From: Macrostomum lignano | Lineage: Eukaryota | Assembly (NCBI GenBank): GCA_002269645.1 | Contig: NIVC01004349.1 | Location: 1 to 49,167 of the forward strand | DNA length: 49,167 nucleotides | Direction of reading: 5' to 3' | In this document: piece after piece, positions 1-17,858 of the stretch | How positions within the stretch are numbered: the stretch's first letter is position 1 | How the letters are laid out: each line of letters starts with the position of its first letter | The notes under the pieces: generated by a model | The model's input: the letters and a program-made list of their open reading frames with translations, nothing else | The model's database searches: none | Told to the model about the DNA's origin: nothing | Position numbers and translations under genes: made by a program

Positions 1-801
1 CGTGTCCTCGATTAACTTCGTGACCTGCCGTTTCCAGTCAGCCAATCCGACTGAGCCGCTTCCAGCGTGGCAGCCAAAGTCGTCTGCGTTATAGCTGATC
101 CGTTTGAGCGCCACGTCGTCGCTGATGAAGCCCAGAAGAGCCTCAGCTTGTCGTCAAGCAAGTTCAGCCGCTTCGCTGACATTTGCAGCCTGACCAGTGT
201 GCGGATGTTTGCATCGATGGCCACCACGGGATACCCGAGCTCTCTGGCCTGCAGGCTGTAGATGCCAAGGTTGCTGCCGATATCGAGGAACGTCCCAGTG
301 TTTTTGGGAAGCTTCTTTAACAAGTTGAGCATGGTCCGAATAGAGCTTGTTTCCCATTCGCTGTGTTTTAGCATATGCGCGGAAATCATGTCCTCCTTGC
401 CGAAGGTGAATAGCGGCATTAATGGGCCACCCATCGCTCGGTCACGTTGGCCACAGGAGACCCTTGTCTGACAATGGTGTACATCTGCTGTGGTAAGTTC
501 CTGTTCAGCTCGCACAGGGGAAACTGGCCCCTGACTAACTGGTAGGCCGGCGTCTCCTGACACAGCCGGTGCCGCAGGCTGGGGTTCCTGAAGTCGACGT
601 TGCGGAGCTCGTTGTACGGGGGGCAGTTTTTGACCATTTCGACATCGCTTAGCGTTGGCAGCGACTTTGCAGCGGTGCGGCCTTTTTGCGAATGAATTTT
701 AACTTTGAAGCGGTCAAACTGTTGGACCGGAATAGAGACGCCACCACAATCAAAAGAACTGTAGCGCAGGACAGCAGAATTAGATATTGCTTTGCTCTCA
801 T
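1..801 (-). pseudogene. FkbM-family methyltransferase, duplicate copy A (frameshifted, runs off the window start)
   Basis: Near-identical to 17052-17858. ATG at 801-799. Indels relative to copy B at ~131 (ccc vs cccc), ~440 (gg vs ggg) and ~682 (4 bp) break the frame. FLDIGSNLG motif is retained. Confidence 0.8.
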
Positions 802-1466
802 GGCATTGACTAGTACGGGCTATGGAGCAGAACAGAGTTATTGCATTTAGTCACAGCTTACTTTCTTGCTCACACTGGCGCTGGGGTTCGAGACAGACCA
901 GTCCAGCTTATTGCATAGAGATCCTCTGATCCTCAGCAACGCAGCCCCACCCTGATTGCCCAGCCAACTAAAATTGATCCGACTTCAGAAGTCAGGGTGC
1001 TTGAAAGAGTGGACACGATCGTACAGTTTATAAAGTCTTTTCCGTTGGGACTATATGAAACAGAGGTATGGACCACCAGACTGTGGATACTGAATATCGG
1101 ATAGTAGAACAATGATTGGCACACGTCTACCATTGTGCTTGTTTAATGCTGGCTAGCTATGGAAAATATGAGTAGAGTGGGAAGAAAGGCAACTCGTTGT
1201 GTGCAGTTTGAGCACATTTGTTGCTAAGTCTTCCCATGTCTTGCTAAAATTGTCTCAACTGAGCCATTGAATTCTGATTATCTGACTGGATGTGAAGGCT
1301 TTTTGTGAGGGAAAAAGCGTACACAACCCGGCCAACTGAAACTGGGCCAAGAGAGGGGGCGTGAATGCGTCCCCTCACAAAGTCGGGACTAAGGTCTTGG
1401 GACTCTGAGTTCATCTACTCGCATTTGCGCCCTGGACTCTCCCCCACATTTTTAACTTCATATTTT

Positions 1467-1854
1467 GTTGTTGTTAAACGGGGGTGGGAAGCTACGGGGC
1501 TACCCGCGGATCAGCCCTTGGAGGGGCTCTACCGCAAGAGGGCACTGTCCAGGGGCACAGATAAAACTGTGTACCCGAGATACCCGCTCGGAGTCCGAGT
1601 CACCAATTTAGTTGGGCCCCAGCTTAAGCTAGGGAAAGAGCGAGGGACTTCAAGCCTACGGTACAAGACACCGCCAACCCAACAGTGGAATCAGGGACGG
1701 TGCTAGGACCGAGTCCACCCAGGCTACCCCAGCAGACAGGTCCTCGGGAGTGTGCGAAAAACAGAATTGGATTATTACCGAAAAGCCGTCCAAGAGCGGG
1801 AAACCCAGAAGTCTTGGAAAGGGCTAACTATTGGAGTGAGTCTGGAAGGCTTCA
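1467..1854 (-). mobile_element. 388-bp non-LTR/SINE-like insertion with 14-bp target-site duplication
   Basis: taacttcatatttt occurs at 1453-1466 and 1855-1868, but only once at the empty site in copy B (18515-18528). The minus strand ends in ...tttaacaacaac, an (AAC)n tail. Confidence 0.75.
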
Positions 1855-1980
1855 TAACTTCATATTTTAGGGAAGAAGACGTTGAAATTGGTCTTCTGCT
1901 TTTCACATGATGGCTGGAACCTAATAAATTTACAGTTAATTTTCGTGTGCTCGGACCCTGTAGCATAAAATCTCATTCCC

Positions 1981-2081
1981 ATGCTAAGGGGGTGATGCTG
2001 AGGGGGAATGATGCTGAGGGGAATGATGCTGAGGGGAATGATGTTGAGGGGGAATGATGCTAAAGGGAATTCTGCTAAGGG
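1981..2081. repeat. ~15-bp G-rich minisatellite (ggggaatgatgctga)
   Basis: About 6 degenerate units read directly. Same family at 18640-18710 and 19739-20108. Confidence 0.85.
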
Positions 2082-3644
2082 TGTAGAGATCTCCAAACAT
2101 GGTAGCCTACTAGAAGTAGTAAGATAAAATTATGAACACAAATTTAAAAATAGCTATGTGTCATACTCTATTTTAGTAATACCAGTAATGTCACGCAAAC
2201 AGCGAGTGACTATGCTATTGTTCGAAAAACCTGTTCTCGACATCTATTTTTAGAACTTCTAAATATGGTAAATGTTAACCCGAATGTGACCCAAGTCTCA
2301 CCCTTTTCTATTCAAAAACCCCACCAGTCAAATAATAAAATTCCTTTCGTGAACTCATAAAAAACCGGTTTTGAGCTCAAGGTCGACTCAAGGCCGAAAA
2401 ATTGTGTATAAATACAAACTCAAAATCCGAACTGAAATCTCAGACTCGGAGCAGCCTCCAAAGATCTTGGGCTTTGCAAGAGCAGCCAAACGAGGCTATA
2501 TCTCTGAGGAAGAGAAACACCAATTGGTAAGCTTTGTTCAAGTCTTCGTTATTTTGATTATTGAGAGCGATTGTTATTGCCGGCCGTTACTGTTCAGTCG
2601 ATTTTATTGAGACTATTGAGTTTGAGGCCTCCCTTTCCTAAGGGATTGGATAGGATCTGCGGACCGATTCCGATACCCTTAGAGGATTATTGAGTTATTG
2701 ATTTTGGATTATCCTAGATTAACCGATGGGAGCACACGACTCCGATTCCGTTAGTTCTAGAAGAAGACGCATTTTCTAGAGGACCTCGTATTGTTATAGA
2801 ATTTATTTTGTTATTAGGGCGCATCGTTGATATTGATTTCTGCACTCGAGGAGTACATTGATTTCGGCACTCGAGGTAATACTGCGACGTCGATTTAATT
2901 GCTACGCTCTCAGTCTCACACTGAGGTTGCTAGTTCAGTCTCACAGTTCAAACCACAAAGCCATAAATATCATCAAATCTAGCGCCCAAATTTTCAACCC
3001 TCCCCAGTCTGCCTTCAAAAGAACACGCACGCATTTAGGCTTCACTAGCCAGTTCATAGTCTATGGTAGGCGTGCTGAGAGAAAAGACAATAAGCCTGCA
3101 AGCCCCCCTCCTTACACAAAGGCAGAAGAGGTTTGTGCCATAGACTAAATTCTTATGGCCCCAGCCTTCTTCAGGACAAGCATATCCCATGACCAGACAA
3201 ATCAAGAAGCGAACAGGCTTAGAATGGAACAGTCAGTTTATCATAGCCAGTCGCTGTTAGACATCGGCTCTGCAAGAGCGTCTATTTAGGTAACAACTTT
3301 TGCGAGAGAATCGCACACGTACTTTGAACTGCCACTGTGGTAAGTTTAATTTAAGGTGCTCTCTGCTACATTGTAAACTAAGGCAATTTGTTTCAATAAA
3401 TAGATCGCAGAAATCATCTGTAGCCAGGGCCTATTCAGATATTGCGCAATCTCTGTCATTTGTGACAGAGCCTATATTTATGGAAAATAGGCAATCTTCA
3501 ATAATCAATTTTTTAGCCACAAGACGTCACTTGAAACGAAGAGATAAACGATGAATGAAAAAGTTGAGTCTAATTATTACGACACCAGCCCAGAATGGAA
3601 ACCCGACATGGGGTCTAAGATTGATTTCTCAACCACTCTGAGCA

Positions 3645-3956
3645 TGTGTAGAGAAAATACTAATACTAAACTAAAGACTAGTTAATTGGAGTTAAATTGG
3701 AGCAGTAAATGGGGCACAGGGCCCAAACGAGTATGTTTATATGACTAATTTAGAGGGGGGTTGACTCCAGATAATAAGGAGAGGGGGGTGGAGTGCGCGA
3801 CTGAAGAGAGAGGCGAGACTGGAGAGCCAATCAGAAGGCGGCGAGGGAGACAGATAAGAATAACAAGATTGAGCTAGACAGAGAGAGAAACCAGAGTAAA
3901 CAGAGACAAGTGAAGGTGAACTAAGAAATGACTAGGAAAGTCGCGACACTCCCCCC
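3645..3956 (-). mobile_element. Putative LTR with upstream polypurine tract (copy A)
   Basis: Minus strand reads GGGGGGAG|TGTCGCGAC, i.e. PPT then TG start at 3948. CCAAT-like and ATATAAA motifs inside. Possible ...CTACACA end at 3645; this left boundary is uncertain. Confidence 0.4.
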
Positions 3957-4059
3957 AAAAAATGGAACATTTTTCCTCACACTCACGGCCAGCAGAGTTT
4001 CATGTTTACGAGCTACACATGAAATAGAATTAGAAGAATAGGCCATATGAATAGAAATA

Positions 4060-4265
4060 GCAACTGCTCCAACTCAAGCATTTACTCGGGCCTGTATGAA
4101 TAAACTGAGAAATTGCTCATGAGCAAATGCTCATGAGATTTTTCTCAAGATAATTTGCTCCGATTTCAGAGCAAATACTCTGAGATTGAGCAATTACTCA
4201 GGTCAATAAGAATAAAACTACTACGCTCGTACGTAGACTAAATTTCTGAGCAATTGCTCAGAAAA
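4060..4265. repeat. Cluster of TGAGCAA/TTGCTCA palindromic motifs (possible transposon subterminal region or MITE)
   Basis: Perfect 22-bp palindrome tttctgagcaattgctcagaaa at 4243-4264, 14-bp palindrome ttgctcatgagcaa at 4113-4126, and several half-sites. Confidence 0.6.
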
Positions 4266-4611
4266 CGTTGAGACAGCCTCCTGGCAGACTCAAGAACGAG
4301 TCGCAGTGTAAAAAGCAGATAAATCGTCAAAGCTAAACTCCTGGGGGGTCTTTCTCGAAAGCAACTTACGATCAGCCATAGACGTAAGTTGGGGAGGAAG
4401 TGCTTATGGCTTGCTCGAAAGTCTTGCAACTTGAAACGACGTACGATCGATCGCAACTTTGCGAGCTCGTAACTTTGCGCAAAAGACTGTTTCTCGAAAC
4501 GTTCGTATGTCTATGGTCTTTCGTAAGGTTGATCTTAACCCTACGACTGCTCGGGACCAGTCGGAAGTGAACAAGTGAGAAATTTAGCTGTTTTGAAAGA
4601 TCAGTGGCACC

Positions 4612-5334
4612 ATGTCGAGCAAACGACAACCTAACTTTACGTCAGGTGAAAAGGAGGAATTGATCAATTTTGTTCAAAAGCATCTAGATTCAAAGGATCA
4701 AAAAGCTGAAACACAGACGAAAAAAGGCGTGCTGGGACACGTGTGCAAGCCAGGTGAATGCAATTGGTGCAAACAAGCGTACAGGAGACGAGTGTCGAAA
4801 GAAATGGTCGGATTTCAAATCTGACGTGAAAGCTAAGCTTGTTTTGCAACGGAAAGACAAGAATGCAACTGGAGGTGGACCACCAACAGCATCGGATCTG
4901 ACGCAGTTCGAAGTGGATACTGCTGCAATGATGGCCTCTGAAAGTATTGTTGGTGTGTCTGGCGGGGTCGACTCCATGCAACCCGAATGTTCGGCTGGCT
5001 CCTCGACACCGACGATGCCAAGGGAGAGTGGCTGCCCGACGCCGCACTGTAGCACTACCGAATTCGTTTCTGACCAAAGACTAGGTTCAACCCGGGACGA
5101 ATCATTAGCGCGGTGCTCTAGGTCTAGCAATTCTAGCACGTCTAGCCCTGAGATGCCGACGACACCCAGAGGGTTAGTGTCGACAGCAAGATAATGGATA
5201 TCTGCAACTTTGAGGAGCAGAGACTGCATATTGAGAAGGATCGACTGGAGGTTGAGAAAAAACGGCTGTCAGTAGAGTGCGAGCGTTTAGCAATTGAAAG
5301 GGCTCGATTGGATATTGAGTCAAGGAAAAAGTAA
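4612..5334 (+). pseudogene. Harbinger Myb/SANT-like DNA-binding protein (frameshifted)
   Basis: RQPNFTSGEKEELI..., then after an extra A at 4720-4725 AC(W)DTC...KRTGDECRKKWSDFK...KNATGGGPP. C-terminal coiled coil (LHIEKDRLEVEKKRLSVECERLAIERARLDIE) is in another frame, 5191-5334. Confidence 0.85.
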
Positions 5335-5557
5335 TGAACTCGCGTATTTGTATGTTAAAACTGTGTTAAATGACTCGACGAAGTCTGAAAATAATGAATT
5401 ATAGTTATTGTAGTTGTTGTCCGAGTTTAATATTGTTATAACAAATGAAATATCTCATAACATGTAACGGATAACATAACAGAATAAACTATTAATGATG
5501 AAGATCAAATTGTTGGCAAAGATATTGATAATATCAAGGTCAAAATACCAGCCATAA

Positions 5558-6355
5558 TTAATGCAACATTGCGTTCATAATACGAATTCTTTCTGCTCGC
5601 CCGGCTACAATGTCGTCATCAATAGCAACGTCTTCGGGATCGTCATTTGGATGATACTGAACTGCTGTAGTCAAAGGAACTCCTCTATTCATTGCGATGT
5701 TGTGCAGTACAATACAAGAGCTTATTACATTGCAGCACTTTGTAGAAGTAAATCGGAGACATCCTGAATGGCGATTCAGACACTGAAAACGTGCTTTCAG
5801 AATTTCAAAGGAACATTAGATTTTTACTCGAGATTTTCGCAGTCGGTGATTAAATTCGATTTCCCTTGCATCTCTTGGATCTTCGAACACTTTCATTAGA
5901 AATGGCCTTAATGGGCCACTGTCTCCGATTAGGAACCCTCCAACTAGCCCTGTAGCTAGAATTTCCTTGAGTTGCGAGTTGTTGAAAATGAACGAATCAT
6001 GAGTACTTCCTGGCCAACGTATTACAACGTTAGTGAAGGACATTGCTGCATCACATACAGCTTGCACATTGATGGAGTGAAAATATTTTCTGTTCACAAA
6101 TACGTGCTCATTGTTCGCAGGCAGTTTAATCGCGATATGAGTACAGTCGATGGCTCCAATGACATGTGGCAATCCAGCGATAGTATTGAAGCCAGCCATG
6201 GTCCGATTGACTTCAGCGTGGCTCCTAGGAAAGATAACTTCGATCGCTATCTCGAATTCCAGGCTTATCCGACGGGTGTCCGCATTGTCGCTGATTCTGC
6301 TGTCAATCATCGCCCTGAAGTTGGTCGATCTGAGGACGAACTCGAATTTCGACAT
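5558..6355 (-). pseudogene. PIF/Harbinger DDE transposase (HARBI1-like), degenerate
   Basis: GAIDCTHI, VNRKYFHSINVQAVCD, WPGSTHDS, IGDSG-PLRPFLM, FNHRLRKSRVKI*, then in frame ILKARFQCL...CIVLHNIAM to the stop at 5560-5558. Premature TAA at ~5816. Convergent with the Myb gene. Confidence 0.92.
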
Positions 6356-7342
6356 ACTTCATGGATGGACGTTCGCCGGCTCTTTCAGGCCTGTCCAAAC
6401 TGGAGACTTGGAGGAGCAGAGGGAACCTTCGGAAGAAGGATATTTACACGTGGTGCTACGAGTACCTGTCACTGTCACAGAACAATAATCGTACCTATTT
6501 TCCTCGTGCTAATTGTTCAATACAACTGTAAAGAATCCACTAGCGCTTATACATATATCAATCACAGAAATTCCAGTAATTGTTCATAGGATTGGAATAA
6601 CAAAAAGGAATATTTTTAATGACATAATTGTTATCAGTCATGCTTACATGCCTGACGATTAAAAAGTCATGGTGGCGCTCTACACCATGTGTGTGCGTGT
6701 GTCAGTGGAGAGTCATTGTATTGGGCCAAGTTGTTGGTGTGACGATGGTACCAAATGCCTTTTATTATTTCTAGTCAGAGCTGCAATCGATACAATTCTA
6801 CAGGTATAATTTGTCAATGTTTCTGCCGGTTATATGTACCGTAGCTAGAGTTGTGGACGTAAGACTGCCGAGCGGGAGTCAATTGAGCAGGTAAACTCAC
6901 GCCCGTAGCTACTATTGTAGCTACGCTTGTAAAAGCCGCAGACGTACATTTTTAAAAGCGTCTCGTCGGTGGCCCTTAGTACAGATTTTCAATTTGACCT
7001 AATTGTCTACGCAACGAGTGCCGGTTTAGAGTGCTACTGATTTGCTCTGATTTTCAATTGCAACTTGAACAACGTCCTGTAATGTCACAAAAGATAAATT
7101 GATACATTTTATAGACAATCAGTTGATAAAAAAAATTTAAAAGCAGACTTTGTGTCAGATAAAATTTCTTGTCAAGTTTGTCAACGCGTGTGCAGAGGGT
7201 GCTCAGCTGCGCACTGCAGCCAATAGCAAATTGACGACAAGGAAGCCAGGGCAAACCCACATGTGCAGCTTTGGTCGCATAAAATGCGCGCAGCGGGACG
7301 CAAAGCCACTCTTTGGTTTCCAGCCGTATCTCTCGCACAGCC

Positions 7343-14119
<6,777 letters not shown>

Positions 14120-14134
<15 letters not shown>

Positions 14135-14280
14135 CTGATATAAGTGCACGCGTATTCAAGAGTGCCAGCTGGCAGTGACTGATATAAGTGCACGCGTACT
14201 CAAGAGCGCCAGCTGGCACTGACTGATATAAGTGCACGCGTACTCAAGGGTTCCAGCTGGAACTGACTGAAATAAGTGGT
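14120..14280. repeat. 44-bp tandem repeat (~3.5 units) overlapping the GAA stop codon
   Basis: Units gccagctgg(a/c)a(c/g)tgactgatataagtgcacgcgta(t/c)tcaag start at 14120, 14164, 14208 and ~14252. Confidence 0.9.
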
Positions 14281-14665
14281 ATAAGTGTTGGCAAAGAAAA
14301 ATCTAAATTTACAATAGATGATCAAGACATTTAACGTGAAGCCATTTTCCAGGACGATCAAATAATTTTCACAAGCTTGCTAGCTTTTAATTCAGCCGCA
14401 ATAATAATAAAGAGTCGAGAACGCGCTGAAAAGCAATTATCTGAGCAAGGAGCCACCGTATTTGACGTTTGGCGCTGCAATGATTTTTATATTGTTACTA
14501 TTATATGTTAGTCTCTAATCAAATACTTTATTAAATGAAACTTGTCGGCTTTTCTTTATTATTAATTTTCAAATAAACTACTTATAAGTCACTTGAATAA
14601 AAATCTCGTAGGAGTCATTCTATTCACGTCCCTTCCTTTGGGCTTTGATGGGCTTTGATTTATCA

Positions 14666-15691
14666 CCAATAGGGATGCTTGCAGTGACGGCAACCAATAG
14701 GGATGCTTGCAGTGACGGCAACCAATAGGGATGCTTGCAGTGACGGCAACCAATAGGGATGCTTGCAGTGACGGCAACCAATAGGGATGCTTGCAGTGAC
14801 GGCAATCAATAGGGATGCTTGCAGTGACAGCAATCAATAGGGATGCTTGCAGTGACGGCAACCAATAGGGACGCTTGCAGTGACGGCAACCAATAGGGAT
14901 GCTTGCAGTGACGGCAACCAATAGTGATGCTTGCAGTGATGGCAATCAATAGTGATGCTTGCAGTGATGGCAATCAATAGTGATGCTTGCAGTGACGGCA
15001 ACCAATAGGGATGCTTGCAGTGATGGCAACCAATAGTGATGCTTGCAGTGACGGCAACCAATAGGGATGCTTGCAGTGACGGCAACCAATAGGGATGCTT
15101 GCAGTGACGGCAACCAATAGGGATGCTTGCAGTGACGGCAACCAATAGGGATGCTTGCAGTGACGGCAACCAATAGGGATGCTTGCAGTGACGGCAACCA
15201 ATAGGGATGCTTGCAGTGACGGCAACCAATAGGGATGCTTGCAGTGACGGCAACCAATAGTGATGCTTGCAGTGACGGCAACCAATAGGGATGCTTGCAG
15301 TGACGGCAACCAATAGTGATGCTTGCAGTGACGGCAACCAATAGTGATGCTTGCAGTGACGGCAACCAATAGGGACGCTTGCAGTGACGGCAACCAATAG
15401 GGATGCTTGCAGTGACGGCAACCAATAGGGATGCTTGCAGTGACGGCAACCAATAGGGATGCTTGCAGTGACGGCAACCAATAGTGATGCTTGCAGTGAC
15501 GGCAACCAATAGGGATGCTTGCAGTGACGGCAACCAATAGTGATGCTTGCAGTGATGGCAATCAATAGGGATGCTTGCAGTGGCGGCAACCAATAGGGAT
15601 GCTTGCAGTGACGGCAACCAATAGGGATGCTTGCAGTGACGGCAACCAATAGTGATGCTTGCAGTGACGGCAACCAATAGTGATGCTTGCA
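14666..15691. repeat. 28-bp minisatellite (ccaatagggatgcttgcagtgacggcaa) x ~36
   Basis: Period 28 read directly, with a few recurrent variant positions (ggg/gtg, acg/atg, aac/aat, gat/gac). Confidence 0.98.
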
Positions 15692-16703
15692 TCTCTCGGT
15701 CAAACGGAAAGACCAACTTTACCGCAATCACGGCTTCTACTTGTTTTTTCATAGCATTGCACATTATTAAGGTGGTTTTATAACTCATTTGGTGGTGGAT
15801 TAACAAGGTTAAACGGGCACAAGCCCCCTCACCTCCATCATCTCAAATCCTCTCATTCCACATCCCTTCATTCCCCATACTCGTATGCACCTGAAGGCTT
15901 GGTATTAGCGCTACGAGAAGAAACGTTTCAGTCTTATTTAGCCAGCGCGACATCATTATCGGTCTCAAGATCATGAGGCAAACAAAGTCAAGCCAAGCTG
16001 TCAAGATGAGCAACAGGAAGAGGCTGGTTATTAGAGTAGGGATACTCCTAATATATGAGTAAGCAGCAATTTTTTCAATAATATATTTTCCAGGCTAGGT
16101 TGCGCAGAAACGAAAATAGAAAAGCAAAAAGGAAGTAATAAATTTTATTACCATTCGAAACTGTACTGACTGAGAAAAAGAAAACAGCTGCTGCTGCAGA
16201 ACTCAGAAGCAAGTGACGAGCACACATTCTTTTAGGAAAAAAAAACAGTACGATAGACACCCAAAAATTGTCTTGAGCAAGTCAAAAGGAAACATTCACT
16301 AATGGTTCTAGGGTACCTAACATGAGAAACGAGAATTGGAACAATGGAAGTCACATCCGATCCAGCACGATCCCAAAGTACCTAAGGTAAGCTTTGGAAA
16401 CTGATTAAGTTCAGGCTAAGCTTTCTGCACAAATATGCACTCATAGCCGTTCATAGCCACATGAAATTCTGCTTTTGAGGCAATTGCGTAATCCAAGTCA
16501 AATCTATAACATAAAGAAATGACCAATTTAAAATTTGTTAAAAGTACAATGGAGACTTACAGTGCGGAGCTCTTTTCTATGAGAATTCTGCTAATAAAAA
16601 CCCAGCTCTCGCTGTGAAAAAGTACCCATTTAACTAGTTTATAAGGTGTAAACGATCTTAGCCATCAATATCATCTAGTGAGCTTCCGGAACTGCAAGTT
16701 GCA

Positions 16704-17858
16704 TCAACCATTCCTAGCAACTTGAGCCAAAAAGTCGTTTCTAACCCACAGTCCGTCCCATTCGTTGAATGTAGAGATGTTCTGCACTCGGAAGCTACTC
16801 ATGGACAGCAGAGAGAAGTTCCTCGAGGTCATGAAGCGCGTTACAAACTCGTAATATTTGGACGATTGCGGTCGCTGGCCGAGCTTCCGCCAGAACTCCA
16901 TCTGCAGCGCCATGACATTGAGCTCTCGAAACAGCCTCTCGCCAGTCTTCATGAACAGGTGCTCACCGGACTCGATGTCCATCTTGACGACCACATTCTT
17001 GGTGCCGATGTGCGCTCTAAGCTCGTCCGCTTTGACAGTCATCACGGGAATCGTGTCCTCGATTAACTTCGTGACCTGCCGTTTCCAGTCAGCCAATCCG
17101 ACTGAGCCGCTTCCAGCGTGGCAGCCAAAGTCGTCTGCGTTATAGCTGATTCGTTTGAGCGCCACGTCGTCGCTGATGAAGCCCCAGAAGAGCCTCAGCT
17201 TGTCGTCAAGCAAGTTCAGCCGCTTCGCTGACATTTGCAGCCTGACCAGTGTGCGGATGTTTGCATCGATGGCCACCACGGGATACCCGAGCTCTCTGGC
17301 CTGCAGGCTGTAGATGCCAAGGTTGCTGCCGATATCGAGGAACGTCCCAGTGTTTTTGGGAAGCTTCTTTAACAAGTTGAGCATGGTCCGAATAGAGCTT
17401 GTTTCCCATTCGCTGTGTTTTAGCATATGCGCGGAAATCATGTCCTCCTTGCCGAAGGTGAATAGCGGCATTAATGGGCCACCCATCGCTCGGGTCACGT
17501 TGGCCACAGGAGACCCTTGTCTGACAATTGTGTACATCTGCTGTGGTAAGTTCCTGTTCAGCTCGCACAGGGGAAACTTGCCCCTGACTAACTGGTAGGC
17601 CGGCGTCTCCTGACACAGCCGGTGCCGCAGGCTAGGGTTCCTGAAGTCGACGTTGCGGAGCTCGTTGTACGGGGGGCAGTTTTTGACCATTTCGACATCG
17701 CTTAGCGTTGGCAGCGACTTTGCAGCGGTGCGGCCTTTGCCTTTGCGAATGAATTTTAACTTTGAAGCGGTCAAACTGTTGGACCGGAATAGAGTCGCCA
17801 CCACAATCAAAAGAACTGTAGCGCAGGACAGCAGAATTAGATATTGCTTTGCTCTCAT
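16704..17858 (-). CDS. FkbM-family SAM-dependent methyltransferase with N-terminal membrane anchor, 384 aa, intronless
   Basis: Uninterrupted ORF. Hydrophobic YLILLSCATVLLIVVATLF near the N-terminus, SAM motif FLDIGSNLGIYSL, VVAIDAN, and FkbM-type VVVKMDIESGE. Confidence 0.88.
   Translation of the reverse strand: MRAKQYLILLSCATVLLIVVATLFRSNSLTASKLKFIRKGKGRTAAKSLPTLSDVEMVKNCPPYNELRNVDFRNPSLRHRLCQETPAYQLVRGKFPLCELNRNLPQQMYTIVRQGSPVANVTRAMGGPLMPLFTFGKEDMISAHMLKHSEWETSSIRTMLNLLKKLPKNTGTFLDIGSNLGIYSLQARELGYPVVAIDANIRTLVRLQMSAKRLNLLDDKLRLFWGFISDDVALKRISYNADDFGCHAGSGSVGLADWKRQVTKLIEDTIPVMTVKADELRAHIGTKNVVVKMDIESGEHLFMKTGERLFRELNVMALQMEFWRKLGQRPQSSKYYEFVTRFMTSRNFSLLSMSSFRVQNISTFNEWDGLWVRNDFLAQVARNG

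Larger units (their letters stand above)
1..4032. repeat. Segmental duplication copy A (direct; partner 17052-21401)
   Basis: Position 1 cgtgtcctcgattaac matches 17052. Colinear to gaaatagaatta at ~4032 / ~21401, with scattered SNPs, a 388-bp insertion in A and ~745 bp extra in B (19546-20290). Confidence 0.95.
4340..6980. mobile_element. PIF/Harbinger DNA transposon (two-gene; ends not resolved)
   Basis: Convergent Myb-like and DDE nuclease genes are the standard Harbinger layout. I could not identify matching TIRs or a TWA TSD, so the boundaries are approximate. Confidence 0.65.

Noticed and set aside
14589-15806. Long Cys/His-rich ORFs (CRHCKHPYW repeats)
   Set aside because: A by-product of a stop-free 28-bp unit cycling through frames; no independent coding evidence.
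15891-15929. Hammerhead-like CTGAAGG...GAAACGTTTC
   Set aside because: The core lacks A9, stem II is poor and there is no stem I complementarity.
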